Part shown: piece after piece, positions 49,872-64,000 of the stretch
Layout of the letters: each line of letters begins with the position of its first letter
Position numbering within the stretch: the stretch's first letter is position 1
Assembly (NCBI RefSeq): GCF_009914755.1
Contig: NC_060933.1
Length of the DNA stretch: 64,000 nucleotides
Direction: 5' to 3' (one strand)
Origin: the human T2T-CHM13v2.0 reference genome, Homo sapiens
The notes under the pieces: model-generated
Seen by the model: the letters and a program-made list of their open reading frames with translations, nothing else
Databases searched by the model: none
Told to the model about the DNA's origin: nothing
Made by a program: the position numbers and the translations under genes

Positions 49872-51247
49872 TCACAATTCATAAAATACACCCAGGCAGT
49901 CTGAGGGAAGGCTAAGATGAGGACACTCATGCCTGTCTTTGCTGTGATGATTGTTCTCCTCCTGAAATGAGAAGCAACTTCTTTTTATATTTGCTCTACA
50001 GAAGACAGTATCTGCACTGAACTTACTTTACAAAAAGTGAGTTTACTTTGATCCCTCATTTAATGGTCACATCCAAGAGACAGGTATTAGTAACTCCAAT
50101 TCATAGAAAAGTTAGAAATTTGGTTCCATTCTGGCCTATCCTCTCACATAAAGCAGTATCTGTATGAATCATCATACAAAAAAGTTTCACTTCCATTTAT
50201 TCTTATAACCCTCTTTCTATGATGCAGGTTATTATTATCCCCATTTAACAGCTGAATAAATTGAGGCCAATTCCTCCCAAGTCAGACAGCCAGAAAGTGA
50301 TAGTAAGGACCTAAACGCCAGTCTTCTGATACCAGATCTATACTCTTTCTACTGCACTGGGCTGTCTTACACTAACTAGCTAGGCAGGTCTTTCATCACT
50401 TCTGGGCCTTGGTTTCCTCATCTGTAAAATCAGAGAATGGAAATAAACTATATTTTCCAAAGTATGTTATGAAGCTGTTCTATAAAATTATGTTTGGAAA
50501 CCCTGCAGACAGCATCTCCCTCCTTAAGAATCACAGCCAAAGCCTCTTAAAGGCTCTGAGAAGTCTTGCAGTAACAACATTTTGACTGAGTGCTTCCCAA
50601 ATTTGTCTTTAATACCCCTTTTTTCAATACCTTGTTAGCATCCTCTAGAACTAGTGTTCCACAGAACATATTTTAGGGAATGCTACAGTACACGACAATT
50701 AAGGTCCTATCCAGCTCTGGAGTCTGAGTCCCTCCTCAACAGCCTCATCATATTTCAGGGCCTAGTCTCTTCCATGCTTTCCATGCTCCTCCATGAAACC
50801 TTCTTGTCTATTTTAGATCCTATTTTCCTTTCTCTAAGCTCCTATAACAAGTTAGTCTCTGTAACATACAATTCAACTGATAATTATGTAACCCGTTATC
50901 ATCTGCTAATTGCCTCATGTGTCTTTTTCGTTGTTTTTCTAACTAGTAAGTAAATTCCCTGAAGTGTGGGGCCATATGAAATGGAAGGGCCATATCTGTA
51001 TAGCACAGTGTAGTTCACAACTGCTTATACTATCACCGTCCTATATAACTCATTCTGCAGTACTGGGAGGTAGGCAAGGCAGGCATTATTATTCCAATTT
51101 TAGAGGTGAGGAAATGAAGGTACAGAAAATTTTAGTGACTAGCTCAAGTGTGACTTCTACTTCAACTTGCTTTCTTGCTCCTTTCCAATAAGTAAAAGGG
51201 AATGTGGCACTGAGTAGTAATGACAAAAATTGATCAAATTTGGACTA

Positions 51248-51809
51248 CAGTTGACCCGTGAGCAACGCGGGTTTGAACTGTGCAGGTCCACTTACTTGTA
51301 GATCTTTTTGTGCCTCTAGCACTCATGCAGCAACAAGACCAATCCCTCTTTCTCCTCAGCCTACTCAATGTGAAGGTGACAAAGATGAAGACCTTTATGA
51401 CGAACCATTTAACATAAAGAATAGTAAATATGTATTACGATTTTCTTTTTTTCTTTTTTTTTTGTAGGGCAGGGTCTTACTATGTTGCCCAGACTGGTCT
51501 TGAACTCCTGGCCTAATGTGATCTTCCTGCCTTGGCCCTCCACAATGCTGGGATTATAGGAATAAGTCACTGCACCTGGCCTCTTATGATTTTCTTAATA
51601 ACATTTTCTCTAGCTTACTTTAATACAGTATACAATATATAATATACATAACATAGAAAGATGTGTTCATTGACTGTTTACATTATTGATAAGGCTTCAG
51701 TCAACAGGAGGCTATTAGTATAGTTTTGGGGGAGTTAAAAGTTATACGCAAATTTTCAACTGCCCCTAATCCTTGGATTCCTGACCCCGTGTTTTTCAAG
51801 GATCAACTG
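51248..51809. mobile_element. Tigger2a (MER28)-like element interrupted by an Alu monomer (51440-51582, - strand)
   Basis: TA|CAGTTGACC...GATCAACTG|TA inverted termini with TA TSD. Confidence 0.8.
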
Positions 51810-51998
51810 TATTTCTATTTACCAAATAGTTCAATAATTGCTTAAAGTCAGAAATTTGTCCTCTGGAATTCTGTAATATGACTTGGTGAGTTTTTCAAGG
51901 CCAGGATCTAAACATCTAATCCTATGATTCAGTTTTAAAAGTTAATACACTTCCTAAAACATATTCAGCTCAGAAAACTGTATCTGGCAATAAAAACC

Positions 51999-54900
51999 TG
52001 ATATTGCTTGGCTGTGTCCCCACCCAAATCTCATCTTGAATTGTAATTCTCACAATTCCCACGTGTCATTGGAGGAACGCAGTGGGAGCTAATTGAATCA
52101 TGGGGGTAGGTCTTTCCCATGCTGTTCTCATGAGACTGAATAAATCTCATGAGAGTTGATGGTTTTAAAACTGGGAGTTTTCCTGTACAAGCTTTCTCTC
52201 TTTGCCTGCTGCCATCCATGTAAGATGTGACTTGCTCCTCCTTGCCTTCCAACCATGATTGTGTGGCCTCCCCTGCCATGTGGAACTGTAAGTCCATTAA
52301 ACCTCTTTCTTTTGTAAATTGCCCAGTCTTGGGTATGTCTTTATCAGCAGCATGAAAATGAACTAATACAATAAATTGGTACTAGTAGAGTGGGGTGCTG
52401 CTGAAAAGACACCCAAAAAGGTGGAAGTGATTTTGGAACTAGGTAACAGGCAGAGGCTGGAACAGTTTGGAGGGCTGAGAAGACGACAAGAAGATGTGGG
52501 AAAGTTTGGAACTCCCTAGAGACTTGTTGAATGGCTTTGACCAAAATGCTGATAATGATATGGACAATGAACTTCAGGCTGAGGTGGTCTCAGATGGAGA
52601 TGAGGAACTTCTTGGGAACTGGAGCAAAGGTGACTCTTGTTATGTTTTAGCAAAGAGACTGGTGTGGCATTTTGCCCCTGCCCTAAAGATTTGGGGAACT
52701 TTGAACTTGAGAGAGACGATTTAGGGTATCAGCAAAGCATTCAAGAGGTGATTTGGGTGCTGTTAAAGGCATTCAGTTTTATAAGGGAAGCAAAACATAA
52801 AAGTTCAAAAAATTTGCAGTCTGACAATGCAATAGAAAAGGAAATCCCATTTTCTGAGGAGAAATTCAAACTGGCTACAGAAATTTGCATGAGTAATGTG
52901 GAGCCAAATGTTAATCCCAAAGACAAAGGGGAAAATGTCTCCAGGGCATGTCAGAGGTCCTCATGACAGCCCCTCCTATCACATGCCTTGTTGTGGGAAG
53001 TCAGGGACCCTGAACGGAGGGACTGGCTGAAGCTGTGGCAGAAGAACATAAGTTGTGAAGATTTCATGGACATTTATTAGTTCCCCAAATTAATACTTTT
53101 ATAATTTATGCCTGTCTTTACTGCAATCTCTAAACATAAATTGTGAAGATTTCATGGACATTTATCACTTCCCCAATCAATACTCTCATAATTTCCTATG
53201 CCTGTCTTTAATCTCTTAATCCCGTCATCTTCATAAGCTGAGGATGTATGTCGCCTCAAGACCCTGTGATGATTGTGTTAATTGCACAAACTGTTTGTAA
53301 AACATGTGTGTTTGAACAATATGAAATCTGGGCACCCTGAAAAAGAACATGGTAACAGCCATGTTCAGGGCACAAGGGAGGTAACTATAAGGTCTGACTG
53401 CCTGCGGGGCCGGGCAGAACAGAGTCATATTTTTCTTATTGAAGAAAATGAGTAGAAGAAATATCGCTGAATTCTTTTCCCAGTAAGGAATAACCCTGGG
53501 AAGGGAATGCATTCCCGGGTGGTCCTATGGACGGACACTCTGGGGGTGTCTGCCTTATGCGGTTGAAGATGAGGGATGAAATACGCTCTGGTCTCCTGCA
53601 GTGCCCCCAGGCTTGCTAGGATTAGGAAATTCCAGCCTGGCGAATTCTAGTCAGACTGGTTCTGTGCTCTTGAACCCTGTTTCCTGTTAAGATGTTTATT
53701 AAAGACAATGCGTGCACAGTGGGACATGAAACCTCATCAGTAATTCTAATTTAGCCCTGGCCTTGTGACCTTGCTCTGCCCTTCTGCCCTTGTTATCTTT
53801 TTTATTGCCATTTGAAGCATGTGATCTCTGTGATCCACTCCCTATTCGTACACCCTTCCCTTTTTGAAATCCCTAATAAAAACATGCTGGTTTTGTGGCT
53901 CAGGTGGGCATCACAGAACTTACCAACATGTGAAGCGACCCCCGGACACCTAGCTGTAAAATTTCTCTGTTTTGTACTCTTTCTCTTTATTTCTCAGGCC
54001 GGCCAACACTTAGAGAAAATAGAAAAGAACCTACGTTGACATATTGGGGGCTGGTTCCCCCGATAATGCCTGAGGGTCTAGGAGGAAAAAATGGTTTCAT
54101 GGGCCAAACCCAGGGTCCCCCTGCTGTGGGCAGTCTAGGGACTTGGTGCCCTGCATCCCAGCCACTCTAGCTGTGACCGAAAGGGGCCAATGTAGAATTC
54201 AGGCCATGGTTCCAGAGGGTGCAAGCCTCAAGCCTTGGCAGCTTCCAGGTGGTGTTGAGCCTGTGAGTGCATAGAAGTCAAGAATCAGGGTTTGGGAACC
54301 TCTGCCTAGATTTCAGAGGATGTATGGAAACACCTGGATGCCCAGGCAGAAGTTTGCTGCAGGGGCAGGGCCTTCATGGAGAACCTCTGCTAGGGCAGTG
54401 CAGAAGGGAAATGTGGGGTCAGAGCCCCAACACAGAGTTCCCACTGAGGCACTGCCTAGTGGAGCTATGAGAAAAGGGCCATGGTCCTCCAGACCCCAGA
54501 ATGGTAGATCCACTGAGAGCTTGCACCGTGTGCCGAAAAGATGCAGACACTCAACCCCAGCCTGTGAAAGCAGTCAGGAGGGAGGCTATACCCGCAAAGC
54601 CACAAAGGCGGAGTTGCCCAGTATCATGGGAACCAATCTCTTGCATCAGCATGACCTGGATGTGAGACACGGAGTCAAAGGAGATCATTTTGGAGCTTTA
54701 AAATTTGACTGCCCTGCTGGATTTAGGACTTGCATGGGGCCTGTGGCCCCTTTGTTTTGGCCAATTTCTCCCATTTGGAATGGCTGTATTTACTCAATGC
54801 CTATGCCCCCATTGTATCTAGGAAGTAACTAACTTGCTTTTAACAGGCTCATAGGCAGAAGGGATTTGCTTTGTCTCAGATGACATTTCAGACTGTGGAC

Positions 54901-55365
54901 TTTTGAGTTAATGCTGAAATAAGACTTTGGAGACTGTTGGGAAGACAGAATTGGTTTTTAAATGTAAGGACATGATATTTGGGAGGGGCCAGGGGCAGAA
55001 TGATATGGTTTGATTGTGCCCCCACCCAAATCTCATCTTGAATTGTAATTCTCACAATTCCCACGTGTCATGGGAGGACCCCAGTGGGAGGTAATTGAAT
55101 CACGGGGATGAGTCTTTCCCATGTTGTTCTTGTGATAGTAAGTCTCACAAGATCTGATGGTTTTAAAAACAGGAGTTTCCCTGCACAAGCTCTCTCTCTT
55201 TGCCTGCTGCCATCTACGTAAGATGTGACTTGCTCCTCCTTGCCTTCCACCATGATCATCAGGTCTCCCCTGCCATGCGGAACTGTTAAGTCCATTAAAC
55301 CTCTTTCTTTTGTAAATTGCCCAGTCTTGGATATGTCTTTATCAGCATGAAAACAGACTAATACA
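51999..55365 (+). mobile_element. Full THE1 (THE1B-like, ERVL-MaLR): LTR 51999-52370, internal region, LTR 55001-55365
   Basis: Two TG...CA LTRs; polypurine tract at 54981-55000; 5-bp TSD AAACC (51994-51998, 55366-55370). Confidence 0.93.
52989..54065 (+). mobile_element. Solo MER11 LTR (HERV-K11/HML-8; MER11C-like) nested in THE1-int
   Basis: TGTTGTGGGAAGTCAGGGACC...TTCCCCCGATA; 6-bp TSD ATGCCT (52983-52988, 54066-54071); internal tandem unit; AATAAA near 53875. Confidence 0.92.
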
Positions 55366-55518
55366 AAACCCTTTTTTAAGCTCTGACATTACATAGGGTA
55401 GAGGAATCATTAATGTCTCTGTGTCTTCCCACTTGTTTTTGAAAATAATATAATTTTCTTTCTTTACCTCTCCTCCCTAAAGAATATGTAGAATGGTCTC
55501 CAAGAAACCTTGCAAACA

Positions 55519-55817
<299 letters not shown>

Positions 55818-56026
55818 TCACAAACAATGTCAACTGACTGGGTATATGCTGCTGCACAGGCTATGGTCTTTGGCTATATATAGTATGCATGTTATTGGCC
55901 TAACTTAGGCCTCTAGAATTCTGTGCCTTAAGGATCTAGCTGTTGCAAGTAGTTAAGATCCTGAAAGAATAGGTAAAGTGCAGGCAGTGCTGCTAGGTAA
56001 TACACACTAAAAAGTAACAACTCTGA

Positions 56027-56468
56027 GGTATGGTGCCCAGCCTCCAAGATGATCCCTGATGATCCTGCCTCCTGGTATTTAGACCCTTGCATAGTTCTCT
56101 CCTAGACTGTACTGAGGTTAGTCTACGTGACCAATAGCATCAATAAAAAGTGATGGTATGGCAATCTGAGATTAGGTCATAAAAGATTGTGGTTTCTGTC
56201 TTGAAGTGTCTCTGTCTCTCACATATCACATGCCATGTCATGAGAGCACTCAGGCAGCCTATGAAGAGACCCCCACAGAGAGGAATGGAGGCCTTTGACT
56301 AAAAGCCACTGAAAAAACAAGCCTGCCACCAACCACATGAGTGAACCTGGAAACAGATTTACTGGCCCCAGTCAAGCAATGAGATGACTGCAAGTTCATG
56401 AGAGACTCTGAGCTAGTAACACCAACTATGCTGCTGTAAGCTGAATTTGGTACATAGCAATAATACAG
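56027..56468 (+). mobile_element. MLT1F-like LTR
   Basis: CAGCCTCCAAGATG...CCTGCCTCCTGGTATT...TAGCAATAATACA. Confidence 0.65.
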
Positions 56469-56899
56469 AGAGTTTGGATCTAGAATTAGAAGAGAGGGAG
56501 GAGAGGTAACAGAAGAGTAAGTCTGAGCCGTCTTAGTAAAAAGACAAACTTTTATACCTTGGCATCCTACTTAAGTTCATCCTGATGGCATTAAAGCACT
56601 CACAAAAAGTTCAATCACATTCACTATACTCTGTTTAATTATGCAATTAAAGAAGAGTCTAATGCAGTTTGAAAGACTCCAGAAAAAAAAAAAGGTTAAA
56701 TCAAAGAAAGTTTAGATGCTTTAAAATGTAAGCTACATTTACCTGCTTTCTTAAAAATTCCCTATGTGCAATGCTACATTCCCCAATAAACCTAGTAAAT
56801 GATGCATTTTTCTGGATACGTATATTTGAAATCATACAGATAATGATATCTAGCTTAAAAGAAACCCCCCCTTTTTTTTGCTTAGTTTTTCCTGCCCTA

Positions 56900-57580
56900 T
56901 TTATTTAAAAATGTTTAAAGCATGGCACAGTTTACAAGTGAAATACACAGATCTTAAGTGTAAAGTTTGATCATTTTTGACACAAGTATACCTGTGTAAT
57001 CCACACCACTATCAAAACCAGAACATTTCCAATACCTCAAAAAATCTCTTGTGTATTCCCAAACTTTCTGCCAGAACCTTTCTATCATCATATATTAGTT
57101 TTGCCTTCAAGTACATGAAATCAGAAAATATGTATTGTCTGGCTATTTTCACTCAGCATAAGGATTTTCTCATTCACCCATATACGTTCTTGAATATTAG
57201 CAGTTCATAGCACTTTATTGTCGTGCAATATTCTTACATGACTATACCAGTTTATTCATTCTCCTGTTGATGGATATTTGCAGTTGTTTCCAGTTTTTTG
57301 TTATTATGAATAAAACTGCTATGAGCATTCTTGTACAAGGCTTTCTGTGGATATGTTTTTATTGCTGTTGGTATTATACCCAGGAGTGGGCCACAGGAAC
57401 GATGCATGTTTAAGAAATTGCCGAACACTTTTCCAAAGTGGTTGTGCCATATTACATTCCCACCAACAGTGACTGGGTGTTCCAGTTGTTCCACATCCTC
57501 ATTTCACATTTGACACAGTTGGTCTTTCTCACTTTAGCCATTTTAATGGGTGAATTGTAGTATCTCATTGTGGTTGGAAA
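56900..57580 (-). mobile_element. Old L1M 3' fragment
   Basis: Diverged L1 ORF2 end and 3' UTR motifs. Confidence 0.65.
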
Positions 57581-57620
57581 AATACTTTAAATCAAACCAA
57601 AATACAGAATGAAAATCTTA

Positions 57621-57944
<324 letters not shown>

Positions 57945-59326
57945 TTAGATTTCAAATGCTAACACTGTTAAATAACCTTAGGTTTATGGCTAATAGAAGT
58001 CTCACTAAGATTCTTTAGATTATCTTTCCACAGGGGCTTCTAGTTTTATGTTCCATTATGTTATACAATTCTCTGAGAAGTAACACTTCTCTTATTAGTA
58101 AGCTTTAGAAGAGACTATTAGAGAAATTAAAACTAGGCTTTATATTGAGGAGGTTAAATAACTCTCAGCATCATAATTTTATTCTCAGGATATAAGACTA
58201 AGTCACACTGGAAAATACATAATACAGTTTGGCCTAAAATATCACAAATAACACTATTAGTTATTTTCGAAAGGAATATGGAAAGTAAATTATGAAGTAT
58301 GCTTACCATGGAATATTAAGCAGCCAGTTTTAAGTTATATGGAAAAATATTTTATGATATAATATTAAGTGAAAAAAATTGGATAAAATTGCTTATGCAA
58401 TGTAATCTTAACCACATTAAAAAGTACATTGAAAAAGACCAGGAAGAAACGTACCAAAATATCTTCCTTCTTGGAAAATAATATTACTGTTTTTATAAAA
58501 ATTACTTATGCTTATTGTAAAACAATCAAACAGAAAATTCTCTTAACCAGTTACCAACTGATGAACATTTAGATTGTTTCTAATATTTGCAATTAAAAGC
58601 CATGTTGAATGAGCATTCCATGCATCTATCTTTCTATATCTTTAACCACCTACTTAGAATATCTAAAATAAAAATTGAGGGGTCAAAGAACATGAAATTT
58701 TAATCTGTAATAGTGACTTCCAGGAAAAATGTACCAATTTATACTCTAACCAGAAAAGCATGTGGGTGCCATTTTATCCATAGCCTCACTGAGTTCTATC
58801 AGTATTTTTTATCATCAATATTTTTAATGTTGGTCCAAATAAAAGGCAAAAGAAATGCTACCCTATTTTTTTTTTTAATATTTTTGATTAGTAGTAATGC
58901 TGAATACTTTTTCCTGCTTAATCTATTTGTTTATTTCTGGCTTGCCTGTTCAAATCTGTTGCCTATTTTTCCATTATAGCATTTATCTTCTTACTGATAC
59001 GTGTTTTTAGTGATCTTTTGTTGATCATAATTACCAACTTTTTTCTTCACTTGTCATTTGGTTTTCAACTTTGTTTATGGTCTTTTTTGACCTGGGGGGT
59101 GGGGAATGAAATCTAATCCATCTGTCTAGGATCCACCCTCCTCAAGTACTCCACCATGGCTATTCCAGGACCACACCTTGCCTATGATTACCCTTTGCCT
59201 GGGATGGAATTAACATCACTGGTTAATGTTCCTGACTAGACTTTACCTTGAGCTGGAGAGCAACCTTGATAACCGACTTCCAAATGTATCTGCGTTAACC
59301 ACACATACATGATCATGAAACATTCA

Positions 59327-59542
<216 letters not shown>

Positions 59543-60549
59543 TTAAATACCTCCTAGAATATAAATAAGAAAGAAGCAGCCATGCTATTCTTTGATTTCT
59601 TGAAGAAAATATGAAGCTAATCAATCACGCAAATCAGCATGGGCAAAGTAGCCCAAGCTAACCATCCATTTACTTACTAAATCAATAGTATTTACTTAGG
59701 AACGACTCGAAGTCAAGCACTATTCTAAGCACTGAGAATATAGCAGTAAACGAAAGTGAAAAAGTTTCTGCCTGCTTAGAGTTTACATTCCAGTGGGGTG
59801 AAGTAAACAAGTGGATAAATTGATTTTTTATTTTTAAAGTCAGATGGTGTAAAGGTTATGAAGAATAATCAGCAGGGTAGGGAGGCAGTGATGGAGAAGC
59901 CCTTCGAACACAGAGAGTAGGAAAAGCCTTTCTGCAGCAATAGCATTTGAGCAGAAACCTGAATTAGGGAGCGAGCCATGCAGTCATTAGGGTAAATAAT
60001 ACCAGAAAAGCAACAGGTACAACCCAAATCAATCAAGATGTGTGCCAGCACCTTCAGTTATAAACACTTTCTTCTTTTTGCCCCTTAATTTCAGAGCTAT
60101 GAAAATTTCCTTCCTTAGAAGAAATAGTTCCCAAGACAGCCCCACTGTAATATGCCAGAAGAAATGTCAAAATCGCTACTGTGGCCAAATCTTGTCAAAA
60201 TGGACACACTACAACCATCATACCATGTTGGTTCTTTTGTAAAGCAAAGGTGACAGGTGACAAGCACTAAGAGGCACACTGAGAAAAAGTATGGGCTTTG
60301 GTTTGTGCTGCAGCAGTTTGCCAAGCATGTGAACATGGGCAAGCTACTTAAGGTTTCTGAGTTCTAAATCTCTCTTGTGGAAATTGTGCATTGTAGTATC
60401 TACATTACAGTACTGTACTGTAGACTGGAAAGAAATATTAATATATAGTGTCTGGCACAAACTAGGGTTCAATGAATGGTAATATTATTAATATTTTAAT
60501 TGAATGCTGTATTTTAAATTTAACATTAAAATTTTATTTAAAAATTAGC

Positions 60550-60950
60550 TGTGACAGATTATATTTTCCAAAAATGGCTGCAGCAGTATTTCTGGTCCAT
60601 TTCCCTAAGCCTAGGCAGGCTTGTTAACTACTCCCAAAAATAAAGCGTGATGGAAGCAATGCTGTATGACTGAGGTTGGGTTCTCAAAAGGATACGCTAG
60701 TGCAAGCTCTCATTCTGAGATGCTCACGCTGAGGAGACCAAACCACTGTATTGTGAGTAAGCCAATCCAACCCATGCAGAGACCACACACAGAGAACCAG
60801 GTGGAGAGGAACAGAGGCCTCCAGCTGACAGCCAGCATCAACCACTAGACCCTTCAGATTCCAGATTGGCCTCTGAGCTGAGAGCAGAGACAAGGTGTCC
60901 CTGTTGTGCCCTGTCCAAATTCCTGCCCCACAACATAACAACTGGTTATT
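60550..60950 (+). mobile_element. MLT1G/H-like LTR
   Basis: TGTGACAGATTATATTTTCCAAAAATGGC...CCCTGTCCAAATTCCTG. Confidence 0.6.
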
Positions 60951-62423
60951 TCATATTACTAGTGAACTGGCAAAGTTAGTTTCTTCAGGACAATATTGAA
61001 GGAGGCAGCCAGAGGTGGACACTGAAGGTTCTGAAAATAGTAACATGCAAAGTAGTCCCAAACTCCACAAGAGGGAGCAGAAAAAGCACCACTAAGAATG
61101 AGAGAAAGGAAGGTGGGAGACACTGGTGACAAACTTTGCCAATTCACAACTCTGCCTACAGGGTACCTCAACCAGGTGAAGGCAACAAGGAGCAGTTTAT
61201 GTGTGGGGGAACACACACTGCTTGTTAACAATGCTGGATAGGACTGATGGAGACTAAACATACACAGACACACACAGGCAATACCAACTTTCTTATAAAG
61301 GACCTTTGTTCCTTGGATTCATAAATTAAGATGTCACTTGCACCACATAAAATGCATTTGAATCAGCTAAGTGGTGCTTTCATGGGGCTCAAAATGAGCT
61401 TTGTTATAAGGGTAAGGCAAGGTAATACAGATTTATTAAACCTAAATTCTCTTGTATTTGAAAAATAAGTGGAAGAGACTGGGTGAAGAAATACTACCTT
61501 CTTTAGCTTCTCTTTCCTTTCTCATGAAAATGTCTTTCATATAAAGTCCCACTGAAAAAAGTACATCCCTAACTCTACACAAACCTGTAAGCCTTCCAGG
61601 CAGAAGTAAAATAAGTAGAAGAATCTTATTCAACACACTTCCTCCATGCTCAAAGCTGTTTTATTGTAAAGGTAGAGAAAGTACATATATCATTTCCAAA
61701 TTAAAATTCATTCAACAAATATTTATGGAGGGTCTTCTAGGTTCCAGGCATTGTTCTAGAAACAGATAACTTATTTACCTATAAGGGCAGTACATTTGGG
61801 AGGTAACATTGTCGAAAGGAATTACTATCCAATCCGGTCCCACCTCCAGCATCTTTTCCAATCTCCCTCTATATGACCTGATGTAGTCTGTCCCAGCATT
61901 TATGCTTTCCACTGCTTTGTTTCCCTTACTTTTTCACTTCTTTCCCTCCCCATATGCTTACTATGTATATGAAGACTGAACTCAAGTGTCACCTTTCACT
62001 TATGTCTTGTCTGCTACCCTGTGTCACTGCTTCCTTTGAAGGCCTGAAAAACTTAGTTTCCCTATACTCTAGGCTCATCTCTGACTATGCTCCCCATTCC
62101 CCATCAGATATCCTACTCTAGCCACACTGGACCATGCCCAGTTCCACAAATGAGCCATGTTCTTTCCTGACTCAAGGTCTCTGCACCTGAGTGTGGGGTG
62201 CCTTTCCCACCACCCCAAAATGATCTCCTCCGACTCTGCATCTTTTTTCAGTCTCAGCTTATTTTGATTTATGTACATACTCTGAATTATTATTATTTGT
62301 GGCACCTCTGCTATGTGCCGGGCCCATGGAATAGTCCTGGGAATGCAGCTATGAATGAAACAGTTGAAGTACCTGCTCTCTTGGAGCTTATATTCTGGTA
62401 AGGAGAGACATTAAGTAAGTAAT

Positions 62424-62450
62424 AAACAAACAAACAAACAAACAAACAAA
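62424..62450 (+). repeat. (AAAC)n microsatellite
   Basis: About six AAAC units. Confidence 0.85.
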
Positions 62451-62892
62451 TCATGAAAATACCAGCTAGGGATAACGGCCCCTGCTTCTCAGTTTCCTTT
62501 GCTGGATCTTCCTTATTACCCCAACCTCTAAATGTTGAACCACTCTATCTATACTTACCCTACAGGTGATCTCATCTACTTCCAAGGACTTAAAACTATA
62601 TTTGCCTCAAAATAATTGAGAGAGAGGAGGTAATATCAATGAAACCAGATTACCCATGAATTAAGAATTACTGAAGTTGATGATGAGTACATGGGGTTTC
62701 ATCATAAATTTTCCCTACTTCTGTAAATATTTGAAAATTACATGAGAAAAGAAAAAAGGGAAACATAAAGGAAATTTTCTGTTTAGAATACTATATAATA
62801 AATGACTCCATATTTATATCTTCAACCTGGGCCTTTCTCCCAAACTACAAATTCATATACCCCACTGTGTGTGAATTTTACACTGTGTGTGA

Positions 62893-63361
<469 letters not shown>

Positions 63362-63526
63362 AGCTTTGCTTTTGAAGTACAATCCAATCAGATCACTTTG
63401 CACCACCATCTTTACTACCACCCTAGTTCAAGCTACTATCATTTGCAGCTAGAATTACTGCAAAAGCTGAACTATCTTCCTCCTTTGGGAGCATGAGAAG
63501 TAACTATTAAAAAAATAAGTCAGACT

Positions 63527-63796
63527 GGCCCTGCACAGAGGCTCATGCCTGTAATCTCAGCACTTTGGGAGGCCAGGAGTTCAAGACCAGCCTGGCCAAC
63601 ATGGCGAAACCCCATCTCTACTAAAAATATACAAATTAGCCTGGTGTGGTGGCGCATGTCTGTAATTGCCGCTACTTGGGTGGCTAAGGCACAAGAATTG
63701 CCTGAACCTAAAAGGCAGAGGTTACAACGAGCCAAGACCGTGCCACTGCACTCCAGCCTGGGCAACAGAGCGAGACCCTGTCTCAAAAAAAAAAAA
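63527..63796 (+). mobile_element. Alu with a left-arm deletion
   Basis: Dimer with A-tail. Confidence 0.88.
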
Positions 63797-64000
63797 TCAT
63801 ACTCCAATGACTTCTCAATTCACTTGGATAATGTCCAAAGTCCTCACAGAGCACCTTCCCCCTACCTCTCTGATCTCATCTACCACTCTCCCGTTGCTCA
63901 CTACCTATGATGGCACTATTTGTGGGTATTCCTGAATGGGTCGTTAGAATATATCAGCGCCAAGAGAGCAGGGGTTTTCCTTTGTTCACCTCTACATCCT

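Noticed and set aside
52260-52285. PRDM9 hotspot motif in the THE1 LTRs
   Set aside because: The sequence is CCTCCCCTGCCAT (TCTCCCCTGCCAT in the 3' LTR) and fails CCNCCNTNNCCNC at positions 7 and 13.
54320-54832. 170-aa ORF
   Set aside because: Remnant of the THE1 internal ORF, which is fragmented and interrupted by MER11.

Overview
Human genomic DNA, recognised from the proteins as the TMOD1/TSTD2 locus (9q22 from memory). The + strand holds the last three coding exons of TMOD1 (835-978, 23232-23376, 31575-31639) and its 3' UTR. The - strand holds the complete 9-exon, 516-aa CDS of TSTD2 (59503..34410); its non-coding first exon and promoter presumably lie beyond the right edge. The genes are tail-to-tail and their predicted 3' UTRs overlap (~32020-33685). 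The introns are TE-rich: a solo LTR12 (ERV9), a full-length L1PA3/PA2-like element (intact ORF1, dead ORF2, open ORF0), a two-LTR THE1 with a nested MER11 LTR, about 24 Alus, DNA-transposon MITEs, old L1/L2/MIR, and a ~550-bp local direct duplication. Leading hypotheses: (1) the L1 antisense promoter and an extended ORF0 can splice in frame into TMOD1 exons 9-10; (2) TSTD2 is a TrhO/YceA-type (tRNA U34 hydroxylase family) protein rather than a plain sulfurtransferase; (3) an LTR12 with a mutated poly(A) hexamer may be a second intragenic TMOD1 promoter; (4) both genes use an interleaved bidirectional poly(A) cluster. Repeat subfamilies were called from recalled consensus sequences, and boundaries of old repeats are approximate. 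Exon numbers follow my recollection of the reference annotation.
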